Assembly (NCBI GenBank): GCA_038251965.1
Contig: JBBSAV010000001.1
Coordinates: 28,627-92,626, forward strand
Reading direction: 5' to 3'
Source: Candidatus Limnocylindrales bacterium
GTDB taxonomy: Bacteria; Chloroflexota; Limnocylindria; Limnocylindrales; CSP1-4
DNA length: 64,000 bases
Shown: piece after piece, positions 35,271-43,997 of the stretch
How the letters are laid out: each line of letters opens with the position of its first letter
Position numbering within the stretch: the stretch's first letter is position 1
Position numbers and translations under genes: made by a program
Notes under the pieces: generated by a model
Told to the model about the DNA's origin: nothing
The model's input: the letters and a program-made list of their open reading frames with translations, nothing else
Databases searched by the model: none

Positions 35271-35286
35271 TGTTTCACGTGGAACA
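35271..35286. promoter_or_regulatory. parS: parS centromere site
   Basis: Second identical TGTTTCACGTGGAACA, 128 bp from the first, upstream of parA. Confidence 0.8.
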
Positions 35287-35552
35287 AGGAGGCATCTCCG
35301 AAACCGTCGACCCTAAGATGAGACGCTCAATGTGGCGGGCAGAGATACGCACGACTAAGAGGTCTGGCATGCGCCAAGCAGTGCGCCCGTCGGATGACAT
35401 CGGGCCGGAGATGGCATCGGGCAGGGGAGGGGCATACCGCAGGGACCGCTTTGGAGCTCGGCTATACTCCACGCTAGTGGCGTTACAGCGCGAGGGGCGA
35501 CTCGCGGGCGACACTCAAGCCGTGGAAATCACACCGTTATCGACCTACTTCG

Positions 35553-36065
35553 ATGAGCGTTCTGGCTCCTGCCGTGGGAGCCGTCCTCGCTGCCATCCTG
35601 GAGTCGAGCGTGCTGACCCATCTCCAGGTGGGCGGCGTCAAGCCCGACCTCGTGTTTGCTGTGGGTATCGCGATAACGATGTCGCTCGGCTTCGCGAGCG
35701 GGATGACCTGGGTCTTCGTCGGGGGCGTCACCCTTGATCTGCTCATACCCGGCCGGGCCTTGGGGTCCACTGCCTTGACGCTGCTGCTGGTCACTGGGGC
35801 AGCTCTGGCCGTGGCGCGCGCACTGTGGCCGCCACGGCTGGCGGTCGTCGGCCTGGCGACCTTCTTGCTCACCTTCGCGTATCAGGTCGTGCTGGTCGCC
35901 CTGTTGGCGTTGGTCGATGCCACCAGCGGCTCCGCCTTCAGTGGCCTGTCTCTGCCTGACTTGATCCTGGGCGGGCTGATCAACGCCGTCATCGCCGTCA
36001 TCGCGGTCGTGGTCATCCGTGCCCTAGACCTGCGCTTCGGGGAACCGGAGCGATTGGCATGGTGA
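35553..36065 (+). CDS. mreD: rod shape-determining protein MreD
   Basis: 170-aa polytopic protein immediately upstream of mrdA-rodA; LTHLQVGGVKPDLVFAVGIAI pattern. Confidence 0.65.
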   Translation: MSVLAPAVGAVLAAILESSVLTHLQVGGVKPDLVFAVGIAITMSLGFASGMTWVFVGGVTLDLLIPGRALGSTALTLLLVTGAALAVARALWPPRLAVVGLATFLLTFAYQVVLVALLALVDATSGSAFSGLSLPDLILGGLINAVIAVIAVVVIRALDLRFGEPERLAW

Positions 36066-36069
36066 GTGC

Positions 36070-38004
36070 ATGACGAGCGAACCCATGAGGTTGGCTGACA
36101 CGAGCCCATCTCGACGCGATCTGGCGCCCCGGTTCATCGCCTTTGGCGTGGTCATCATCCTGGCCGTGGCCGGCCTTGGCCTTCGCCTCTTCCAATTGCA
36201 AGTGGCGCAAGGCTCCAGCTACGGGGTCTACGCCGAGCAGCAACTGACGACCGAACGTCCGATCCCCGTCTCGCGCGGCCTGGTGTATGACCGTCGGGGG
36301 CGTCTGCTGGTGGAGAACGTGCCTACGTTCGTGCTGCGCATCCTCCCTGCCGACATGCCGTTCGAGGTTCGCCCCGACGTGGCCGAGCGCATCTCACGGC
36401 TGACCGATATCCCTGCCCGCACCATCATCGAGCGTCTCGATTCGCATACGGGCTCTCAGTACGAGCTTGTGCGCATCGCCGACATCGCCACCGAGACTGC
36501 CCGTGTCATCGCCGAGGATCCGGGCCAGTTCCCCGGTGTCCAGGTCGACCTCGAAGCGCGGCGCCTGTACTCACAGGGCAAGCTCATGTCTCACGTTCTC
36601 GGCTGGACCGGTCGCATCTCGGGCCCGGAGTACCAGCGTCTCAAGGACGCCGGTTACTACCCCGAAGACTTGCTGGGCAAGGCCGGCCTGGAGGCCAGCT
36701 ATGAAGATGTCCTACGCGGCACCTACGGTCTCGAGGCGGTCGACCTGGACAGCCAGGGTAACGAGATCCACGCCCCGGAGGTCCTGCGTGAGCCGGTGCC
36801 GGGCAGCTCGCTCGAGCTGACCATCGACACCGGTGTCCAGAAGGAGGCTGAGAAGGCCATCAAGTGGGCTATGGACCGAGTCGGCATCAAGCGCGGCACC
36901 CTCATCGCCATGAACCCACAGAACGGCGAGATCCTGGCCATGGTGTCCCTGCCGAGCTATGACAACAATGAGTTCGCCCAGGGTATCTCCAGCGCCCGAT
37001 ACCGGCGACTGCTCAAGGACCCGGCCAAGCCCATGCTCAACGTGGCCATCAACGAGCAGTATCCGCCCGGCTCGACCTACAAGCTCGTCACCGGCACGGG
37101 CGCCTTGGCAGATGGCAAGATCAGCGCCGCCTCGCGCGTCAAGACCGAGCCCTTCATCGAGATCGGCGAGTGGAAGTACTGGGACTGGAACAGGGAGGGC
37201 TGGGGACCGCTCAACATCTACGACGGTTTCGGGCACTCCAGCGACACCTTCTTCTACAAGCTCTCGGGCATGCTCGGGATCGATCGGCTGGCTTACTGGG
37301 CGCACCAGTTCGGCTTCGGCAAGCCGAGTGGTATCGACCTGCCAGGCGAGGCCTCCGGGATCGTACCTACCAACGAGTGGAAGGAGCGCACCCTCAACGA
37401 GCAGTACTTCACCGGCGAGCTCTACCAGGCCGGTATCGGCCAGGGCTACGACAGCGCTACGCCCCTGCAGATGCTCAATGCCTATGCGGCATTGGCCAAC
37501 GGCGGCACGATCTACAAGCCGCAGCTCGTGCGTAAGATCCTCGATGCGGAGGGCAAGGTCATCGAGCGTGTGCCGCCGGAGGTGGTTCGCGAGATGGACG
37601 TGGACAAGTCGGTGCTGCGCACGATGCGTGTGGCAGCCCGCCGCGTCGTCACCATCCGGCACACCTACAACCTCGTCGACCTGCCCATCGTGGTGGCCGG
37701 CAAGTCAGGCACCGCCGAGTTCGGCCTCCGCGACAAGCAGGGCCGGCTGCCCTTCAGCAACTGGTTCGTGGCGTTCGTGCCCAAGGAGGCGCACAAGACA
37801 GAGTCCGACCCCAACGGCATCGCCGCCATCAAGCGTGAGGACTCTGACCTGGTGGTGCTTGCCTACCTCGACGACACGCGCACCAAAGGCAACGTCGCGA
37901 CCGAGGTCGTGAAGTACTTCCTGCAGCTCCACTTCGGGATCAAGAACGACCTCCGTCAGAACTGGGTCCTCCAGCGTGACAACTTCTACGACTCGAACAG
38001 CTGA
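36070..38004 (+). CDS. mrdA: penicillin-binding protein 2 (elongasome transpeptidase)
   Basis: PBP dimerisation and transpeptidase motifs (STYK, SSD, KSGT). Confidence 0.9.
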   Translation: MTSEPMRLADTSPSRRDLAPRFIAFGVVIILAVAGLGLRLFQLQVAQGSSYGVYAEQQLTTERPIPVSRGLVYDRRGRLLVENVPTFVLRILPADMPFEVRPDVAERISRLTDIPARTIIERLDSHTGSQYELVRIADIATETARVIAEDPGQFPGVQVDLEARRLYSQGKLMSHVLGWTGRISGPEYQRLKDAGYYPEDLLGKAGLEASYEDVLRGTYGLEAVDLDSQGNEIHAPEVLREPVPGSSLELTIDTGVQKEAEKAIKWAMDRVGIKRGTLIAMNPQNGEILAMVSLPSYDNNEFAQGISSARYRRLLKDPAKPMLNVAINEQYPPGSTYKLVTGTGALADGKISAASRVKTEPFIEIGEWKYWDWNREGWGPLNIYDGFGHSSDTFFYKLSGMLGIDRLAYWAHQFGFGKPSGIDLPGEASGIVPTNEWKERTLNEQYFTGELYQAGIGQGYDSATPLQMLNAYAALANGGTIYKPQLVRKILDAEGKVIERVPPEVVREMDVDKSVLRTMRVAARRVVTIRHTYNLVDLPIVVAGKSGTAEFGLRDKQGRLPFSNWFVAFVPKEAHKTESDPNGIAAIKREDSDLVVLAYLDDTRTKGNVATEVVKYFLQLHFGIKNDLRQNWVLQRDNFYDSNS

Positions 38005-39146
38005 TGAGCACGTTGCGACTCGAACCAGCACGCGTCGGTACCTTGACCGCCCGCGAGGGCGAGGGTCGTTGGTACGGGTTCGACCTGCAGTTGGCGATCT
38101 TCGCGCTCTCGCTCACCGTGGTGGGCCTGCTGATGGCATTCACCAACTCAGCCGACGACCCCTTGCGCCCGGGGTCCCTCTTCACGCGCGGCCTGATCTG
38201 GCTCGCGCTGGCAGCGGTCATCTTCGTGGCCACCGCCGCTGCCGACCACCACTGGCTGCGCACGTTCGCGTGGCCCATCTATGGCTTCAGCATCGCCCTG
38301 CTGTTGTTCACCCTGGTGGTTGGCAGCGGCACCGGTGGCGTCTCGCGCTGGGTCTCCATCTTCGGCCTGCAGTTCCAGTTCTCCGAGGTCAGCAAGATCC
38401 TGCTGGCGGTGGTGTTGGCCCACTATCTGGCCACGCGTGAGTCGAGCATCTCAAGTGCCCGAACGCTCATCGGTGCCGGTCTGGTGGTCATGCCCATGCT
38501 GGCGCTGGTCCTAGTCCAGCCCGACCTTGGGACCTCGCTCGTGTTCGGCGCCATCATGCTGGGCGCGTTGTTCATGTCCGGCGCCAGCCTGCGCTGGCTC
38601 AGCGTGACCGTGTTGGGAGTGATGGCCCTGGTGCCGCTGGCATGGCAAGTCGTCCTGCTCGACTATCAGAAGCAGCGGCTGAGCTCATTCATCGATCCTG
38701 CGGCGGACCCGCTCGGCTCGGGCTACCAGCTGCAGCAATCCCAGATCACGGTGAGCTCAGGTGGCCTCTTCGGCCGTGGTCTGACAAACGGCCAGGCCGG
38801 CCAGAGTCTGCCCGTCGGCTCGACCGACTTCGTCTTCGCTCGAGTCGGCGAAGAGCTGGGCTTCCTCGGCGGAGCGGTCGTGCTGGTGCTGTTCGCGCTG
38901 CTGGTGTGGCGGGTGCTCCACGTGGGCTGGCGCTCTGGCGACACGTTCACCCTGGCCTTCTCGGGTGGTGTCGCGAGCATGCTGCTCTTCCAGATGGTCG
39001 TCAACATCGGGATGGTCCTTGGTGTGATGCCCATCACCGGCCTCCCGCTGCCGTTCGTGACCCATGGCGGAGCGTCGCTCATCAGTGCCGCACTCGGCCT
39101 CGGGATCCTCGAATCGCTGGCGATGCGACGCTCACGATCGACCTGA
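38004..39146 (+). CDS. rodA: SEDS glycosyltransferase RodA
   Basis: FtsW/RodA family, 10 TM; TGATG 1-nt overlap with mrdA. Confidence 0.9.
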   Translation: MSTLRLEPARVGTLTAREGEGRWYGFDLQLAIFALSLTVVGLLMAFTNSADDPLRPGSLFTRGLIWLALAAVIFVATAAADHHWLRTFAWPIYGFSIALLLFTLVVGSGTGGVSRWVSIFGLQFQFSEVSKILLAVVLAHYLATRESSISSARTLIGAGLVVMPMLALVLVQPDLGTSLVFGAIMLGALFMSGASLRWLSVTVLGVMALVPLAWQVVLLDYQKQRLSSFIDPAADPLGSGYQLQQSQITVSSGGLFGRGLTNGQAGQSLPVGSTDFVFARVGEELGFLGGAVVLVLFALLVWRVLHVGWRSGDTFTLAFSGGVASMLLFQMVVNIGMVLGVMPITGLPLPFVTHGGASLISAALGLGILESLAMRRSRST

Positions 39147-39231
39147 GCCGAACGTCCCCGGCCGCGTGGCCGCGATGTCGAGCAGGAGCGCATGAGTCGT
39201 TTCTCGGCAAGGCCCGTTAGGCTGTTGCCTC

Positions 39232-40488
39232 ATGCTCCCCCTTCCCGACGTCCCGTTTCATGATGCCCTGACATTCGCGTCCAGCGGCGGCGAGGGTGCG
39301 GCCTTTGCCAGCGCCATGTTCAGCCTCTTCGTCCTGCTGGTCGCGGCCAAGGCCGGCGAGGAGGCCTTCCGACGCATCAACCAGCCTGGCGTCATCGGCG
39401 AGATGCTTGGCGGCTTCATCGTTGGGCCGTTCGCACTGGGCTTGGCCGACGTCACCGTGACGGCGGAGGTCTTCTCCGAGCTTGGCGTCATCATCCTGTT
39501 GTTCACGGTGGGCCTTGAAGTCCGTATCGATGACTTGCTCAAGGTCGGCCCGACGGCCCTCGCGGTCGGCACGGTCGGCTTCATCCTGCCCCTCATCGCG
39601 GGCGCCGCCATCGGTCTGGCCACCGGCGAGGACATGCTTGCCGCGGTGCTGATGGGCCTTGCACTGGCGGCCACCTCCATCGGCATCACCAGCCGCGTCC
39701 TGGCTGACATGGGGATGCTCGACAGGGCCTTCGCGCGCGTCATCCTGGGCGCCGCCATCGTCGACGACATCCTGGCGCTCCTCGCTATCGGCCTGCTATC
39801 CGGCATCGCCGAGGGCGACCTCGGTCCGGAGACGATCGTGACGATGGTCGCCGGCATCGCGTTCGTCGGCATCGGTCTGGCCCTCGCGCCGTTGGGCCGC
39901 CGCCTCCCGCGCAAGGCCTTCACCTGGTTCAGGTTCGCCGACTCGCCGACCGTGCCCGTCTTCATCATCATGTTCGCTGGCGCATTGCTCGCGCAGTTCG
40001 TCGGTCTCGCGGCCATCATCGGCGCGTTCGTCGTCGGCCTGATGATCGCCGAGACCCCGGTGCGCGAGGAGGTCGAACATGGCTTCCGGCCACTGCTGGG
40101 CATCTTCGTGCCGTTCTTCTTCGCGGTCACCGGCGCCAACATCGACATGAGCGCGCTGCTCAGCCCGGACCTGCTCATCATCGTGCTGGTGCTCGCGGTC
40201 ATGGGCGTGTTGACCAAGCTCGCGGGCGGCATCATGGGCTCGTGGAAGCTGGGCAAGTGGAACTCGATCGTGGTCGGCATGGGCATGAGTCCGCGCGGGG
40301 AGGTCGGCATCGTCGTCTCGGCGCTCGGCCTGACGCTGGGCCTGATCGGCCAGCAGATGTACGCCGTGCTGCTGGCAGCGGTCATCCTGACCACCCTGGT
40401 GGCTCCGTTGATGCTGCAGTGGGCTATTCCCAGGGCACCTCGCGACGAGCGGCACCACGGTGGTGAAGCAGGAGCCCGGGCTGCATAG
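39232..40488 (+). CDS. cation:proton antiporter (CPA family Na+/H+ exchanger domain)
   Basis: 12-13 TM; Na_H_exchanger-like GEMLGGFIVGP...LLFTVGLE. Confidence 0.85.
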   Translation: MLPLPDVPFHDALTFASSGGEGAAFASAMFSLFVLLVAAKAGEEAFRRINQPGVIGEMLGGFIVGPFALGLADVTVTAEVFSELGVIILLFTVGLEVRIDDLLKVGPTALAVGTVGFILPLIAGAAIGLATGEDMLAAVLMGLALAATSIGITSRVLADMGMLDRAFARVILGAAIVDDILALLAIGLLSGIAEGDLGPETIVTMVAGIAFVGIGLALAPLGRRLPRKAFTWFRFADSPTVPVFIIMFAGALLAQFVGLAAIIGAFVVGLMIAETPVREEVEHGFRPLLGIFVPFFFAVTGANIDMSALLSPDLLIIVLVLAVMGVLTKLAGGIMGSWKLGKWNSIVVGMGMSPRGEVGIVVSALGLTLGLIGQQMYAVLLAAVILTTLVAPLMLQWAIPRAPRDERHHGGEAGARAA

Positions 40489-40518
40489 CGCTCCTGACCG
40501 GGTCGCCGACGTCGCTGT

Positions 40519-41013
40519 CTAGGGCACCCGTCGCAGCAGCTCGTCCAGCTCGCGCTTGTAGCTTCGCCCCATGGTGGTGCGCGCCAGCCACTCGAGGTAG
40601 TCGTGGTCGGAGCGGCCCACCTGGTTGAGCGTCCAGCCGCGGTAGCGCCCGAACGTCAGCGGGCGACCCGAGGGTGGCGGATTGACTGGCGGCGGTCCCG
40701 CTTCACCATGGCTGTCGGCATCTGCCTCGGTAGCCATGTTGGCGGCGCCGCTTTGCGTGGCCCGGCCGTCTCCTGGCAAGGGGGTCGGGGTATCGGCCGA
40801 CGCCAGGCCCATCGACTGGTCGTAACGCGCGCGCTTGGCGGGGTCACTCAGCACGGCGTAGGCCTCGTTCAGCCGGGCCATGCGTCCGGCCGCAGAGGGC
40901 GAGGGGTCCAGATCAGGATGGAAGCGTTTCGCAAGGTGCCGGTAGACGACGCCGATGAGTTCACGATCGGCCTTGGGGCTGATCATCAGCGTCTCGTAGA
41001 ACGTGCGCGCCAT
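40519..41013 (-). CDS. J-domain protein with uncharacterised C-terminal domain
   Basis: J domain FYETLMISPKADRELIGVVYRHLAKRFHPDL with HPD motif; C-terminus RYRGWTLNQVGRSDHDYLEWL unassigned. Confidence 0.8.
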   Translation of the reverse strand: MARTFYETLMISPKADRELIGVVYRHLAKRFHPDLDPSPSAAGRMARLNEAYAVLSDPAKRARYDQSMGLASADTPTPLPGDGRATQSGAANMATEADADSHGEAGPPPVNPPPSGRPLTFGRYRGWTLNQVGRSDHDYLEWLARTTMGRSYKRELDELLRRVP

Positions 41014-41443
41014 ATGCCCCTAACCATACCCGACCACTGCCTCCCCAAGGAAGCGATCGGTCCCCGGTCCTGACCCCTCGGCCCGTGCGGACGTGCTCAT
41101 CACGTCCGGCCGCGCCAAGCCCACAGCGGCCCCACTCACACCCCCGAGCTCCCGCCCAAACTCGCGATCCGGTCGCCTGGCTGAGCGCCAACCCAGCGAG
41201 GCGTCCGGATTCCCAGATAGAGCGAACGCATCCAGGTCTTCAGGCAGCGCTGATGGCCATCCCAGCCGCGCTTCGCCGCCAACCATGTCGGAACCGGCCG
41301 CTTTGGACCGACGCAAGGGCAGCCCTCGCTCATCTTCTGGCCTGATCCCCCATGCGGGTACGATCCTGTTCGCCCTATGTGGGAATCCGGCACCTTGGGC
41401 GCTGTCTCATGGGGACGTCGTGCGCTGGACTCGCCGGAGCAAC

Positions 41444-41489
41444 CGTGTCCGGACATCGGTTGTCCCCCGACACGTGTCCGGACATCGGT
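41444..41489. repeat. two copies of 17-bp direct repeat GTGTCCGGACATCGGTT (period 29 bp) with internal palindromes
   Basis: Copies at 41444-41460 and 41473-41489; copy 2 abuts or overlaps a -35-like TTGACG. Confidence 0.5.
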
Positions 41490-41518
41490 TTGACGGCCTG
41501 CGGCGATTCGGGCTACCA
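41489..41518 (+). promoter_or_regulatory. candidate sigma-A-type promoter for rplU-rpmA
   Basis: TTGACG, an 18-nt spacer, then TACCAT, about 105 nt upstream of the rplU ATG. Confidence 0.35.
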
Positions 41519-41622
41519 TCCCCTTTCGCGTTCGAGTGTCCGTCGCGCCGTGTTCGCCTGCGACTCGCGCTCCGCGCCGACCCAGCTAAACCATCACGCA
41601 TCGACCACGCAACGGGAACCCC

Positions 41623-42300
41623 ATGTACGCAGTCATCGAATCAGGCGGCAAGCAGCACCGCGTCGAGCTCGGCTCGGAGATCCAGGTCGATCGCCTGGAC
41701 GTCCAGCCGGGCGACTCCATCACCCTCGACCGCGTCCTGCTGGTCGCGGACGGCGACGAATCGTCGATCGGCCAGCCGCTAGTGGACGGCGCCAGCGTCT
41801 CTGCCCAGGTCCTGCGCCAGAACCGGGGTGACAAGATCGTCGTCTTCAAGTACAAGCCCAAGGCACGCACGCGTGTCAAGCAGGGTTTCCGCGCCGAGCT
41901 GACCACGCTACGGATCACGGATATCGCCGTTGGTGGCAAGAGCGCCGCCAAGGATGCTGAGAGCGCCGAGAAAGCCGAGCAGGCCGAAGCCAGGAAGGCC
42001 GAGCAGGCTGAGCAAGCCGCCGCTGAGAAGGCTGCTGCGGAGAAGGCGGCTGCTGACAAGGAGTTGGCAGCGAAGCTGGCGGCTGCTGCCGAGCCAGCTA
42101 AGGATGCGGCCGTCGCGGCCACGTCCAAGGCCCAGAGCAGGAAGTCGACCACCAAGACCAGCGCCAAGGATGAGGCTGCTGCCGAGCCAGGGGGTGATCC
42201 CCCCGCCGAGGCTGATCCCCCCGCCGAGGCGGACGGCGCCCCTGAGACTGAGGCTGAGGTTGAGGCCCCCGACGCTGACGACACCAAGAAGGACGTGTGA
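41623..42300 (+). CDS. rplU: 50S ribosomal protein L21 with ~120-aa Ala/Glu/Lys-rich C-terminal extension
   Basis: MYAVIESGGKQHRVELGS...VFKYKPKARTRVKQGFRAELT, then AEKAEQAEARKAEQAEQAAAEKAAAEKAAADK... Confidence 0.9.
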   Translation: MYAVIESGGKQHRVELGSEIQVDRLDVQPGDSITLDRVLLVADGDESSIGQPLVDGASVSAQVLRQNRGDKIVVFKYKPKARTRVKQGFRAELTTLRITDIAVGGKSAAKDAESAEKAEQAEARKAEQAEQAAAEKAAAEKAAADKELAAKLAAAAEPAKDAAVAATSKAQSRKSTTKTSAKDEAAAEPGGDPPAEADPPAEADGAPETEAEVEAPDADDTKKDV

Positions 42301-42303
42301 CCC

Positions 42304-42570
42304 GTGGCCCACAAGAAAGCAGGCTCCAGCTCCAAGAACGGCCGCGACAGCGTTGGCCAGCGCCTCGGCGTCAAGGCTGGTGATGGCCAGCTCGTCAGCG
42401 CTGGCTCCATCATCGTGCGGCAGCGCGGCATGACCTTCCTCTCAGGGCCTGGGACAGGGCTGGGCAGGGACTACACCGTCTTTGCGACCGTAGAGGGCCG
42501 GGTGCGCTTCGAGCACGCGCGCAAGGACAAGAAGCGCATTCGCGTGGATGCCGAGTCACTGGCCAGCTAG
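42304..42570 (+). CDS. rpmA: 50S ribosomal protein L27
   Basis: [24 protein letters not shown]... Confidence 0.9.
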   Translation: MAHKKAGSSSKNGRDSVGQRLGVKAGDGQLVSAGSIIVRQRGMTFLSGPGTGLGRDYTVFATVEGRVRFEHARKDKKRIRVDAESLAS

Positions 42571-42591
42571 GCCGAAGGATCACTCACCGAC

Positions 42592-42804
42592 ATGAAGCCC
42601 GACACGCACCCCAAGTACTACCAGGCAAACGTCCACTGTGCCTCCTGCGGCACCGAGTTCACCATCGGTTCCACGATGCCGGAGCTGCGCCTGGACATCT
42701 GCTCCAGTTGCCACCCCTTCTACACGGGCAAGCAGACCATCGTCGACACGGCCGGCCAGGTCGAGCGGTTCCAGAAGCGCCTCGAGCGCTCCGCCAAGCT
42801 CTGA
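42592..42804 (+). CDS. rpmE: 50S ribosomal protein L31
   Basis: MKPDTHPKYYQANVHCASCGTEF...CSSCHPFYTGKQ (Zn-ribbon type). Confidence 0.9.
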   Translation: MKPDTHPKYYQANVHCASCGTEFTIGSTMPELRLDICSSCHPFYTGKQTIVDTAGQVERFQKRLERSAKL

Positions 42805-42818
42805 GCCGAAGCTAGCTC

Positions 42819-43997
42819 GTGACGCAGTCGCCGGCAGGGCAGGGGACAGCCGCCCCGCTGAGTGGCGACCCACGCACGCTCGACTCGCCCCGCTTCGCGT
42901 ATGGCGGGCAGGCCCTCATGGAGGGCATCTACATGCGCGGCAAGGACGCCATCGGCGTGGCCGTGCGCGGTCCCGACGGCCAGATCTTCGCGGGCCAGGA
43001 GAAGCTCGACAGCGTCCTCCATCGCAATCGCTTCGCTCGCGCGCCGTTCTTCCGTGGGGTCGTGGTGCTCTACGAGACGCTCGTCATCGGCACCAAGTGG
43101 CTGATGAAGTCAGGCTCGCTGGCCGCGGCTGGCGAAGGCGTCGCGTTCGGCGGCAAGGCCATCGCCCTGACCATGCTGTTCACCATCGGTCTGGCGGTCG
43201 GTCTCTTCGTGCTGCTGCCGCTGCTGCTGGCTCAGGGTGGCGTATCCCTCCTCTTCGGTGAGGTCGACGGCGGCTGGCAATCGGTCCTCGTCCACATCCT
43301 CGAGGGGCTCGTCCGCATCGGGATCTTCGTCGGCTATCTCGCCTTGGTGGCCCGCTCTGCAGAGATCGGGCGAGTGTTCCGCTATCACGGTGCCGAGCAC
43401 ATGACCATCCACACCCTAGAGGCCGACCAAGCGCTGACCGTCGAGAACGTGCGCAAATGGCCCACCGCGCATCCGCGTTGTGGCACCGAGTTCCTGGTCA
43501 TCTTCATCATCGTCAGCATCCTGCTGTTCAGTCTGCTTGCAGGTATGGACCTGTGGATCGCCATCCTTGGTCGCATCCTGCTGGTACCGGTCATCGCGGC
43601 GGTCTCGTACGAAGTCCTCAAGTTCGGCGCCGCGCGACGCGAGAAGGGCTTTTGGCGCATCCTGTTCCTGCCCGGCATCTGGGTCCAGAAGATCACCACC
43701 AAGCAGCCCGATGACTCCATGATCGAAGTCGCCATCTGTGCCATGCAGGAAGGTCTTGCCGCCAACGGTGACACCGCCCCGGCGGGCAGCTGGGACCCGG
43801 TACGCGAGCCGCTGCCCGATGTGGGCGAGTTGGCCAGGGAGATGGAGGCGCGCATGGAGGCCGAGGAGGCCGCCGCCCAATCCGACCCGGGCCTCGTCAC
43901 TGGGTCAGACCCAGGCCACACCACGACGGATGCGACCACAGGCGATGCGGTCGTCGAGCCCGCTCCGCGCCGTGGAGGCGCCTCGGAGGGCGCATGA
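42819..43997 (+). CDS. DUF1385 (YqhQ-like) membrane protein
   Basis: YGGQALMEGIYMRG...AVR...; polytopic; sits between rpmE and prfA. Confidence 0.75.
   Translation: MTQSPAGQGTAAPLSGDPRTLDSPRFAYGGQALMEGIYMRGKDAIGVAVRGPDGQIFAGQEKLDSVLHRNRFARAPFFRGVVVLYETLVIGTKWLMKSGSLAAAGEGVAFGGKAIALTMLFTIGLAVGLFVLLPLLLAQGGVSLLFGEVDGGWQSVLVHILEGLVRIGIFVGYLALVARSAEIGRVFRYHGAEHMTIHTLEADQALTVENVRKWPTAHPRCGTEFLVIFIIVSILLFSLLAGMDLWIAILGRILLVPVIAAVSYEVLKFGAARREKGFWRILFLPGIWVQKITTKQPDDSMIEVAICAMQEGLAANGDTAPAGSWDPVREPLPDVGELAREMEARMEAEEAAAQSDPGLVTGSDPGHTTTDATTGDAVVEPAPRRGGASEGA

Noticed and set aside
34900-35737. ORFs of 138 and 215 aa across the parA-mreD spacer
   Set aside because: No RBS and no motifs. They overlap the parS and DnaA-box sites and the mreD start in another frame, so the region is treated as noncoding.
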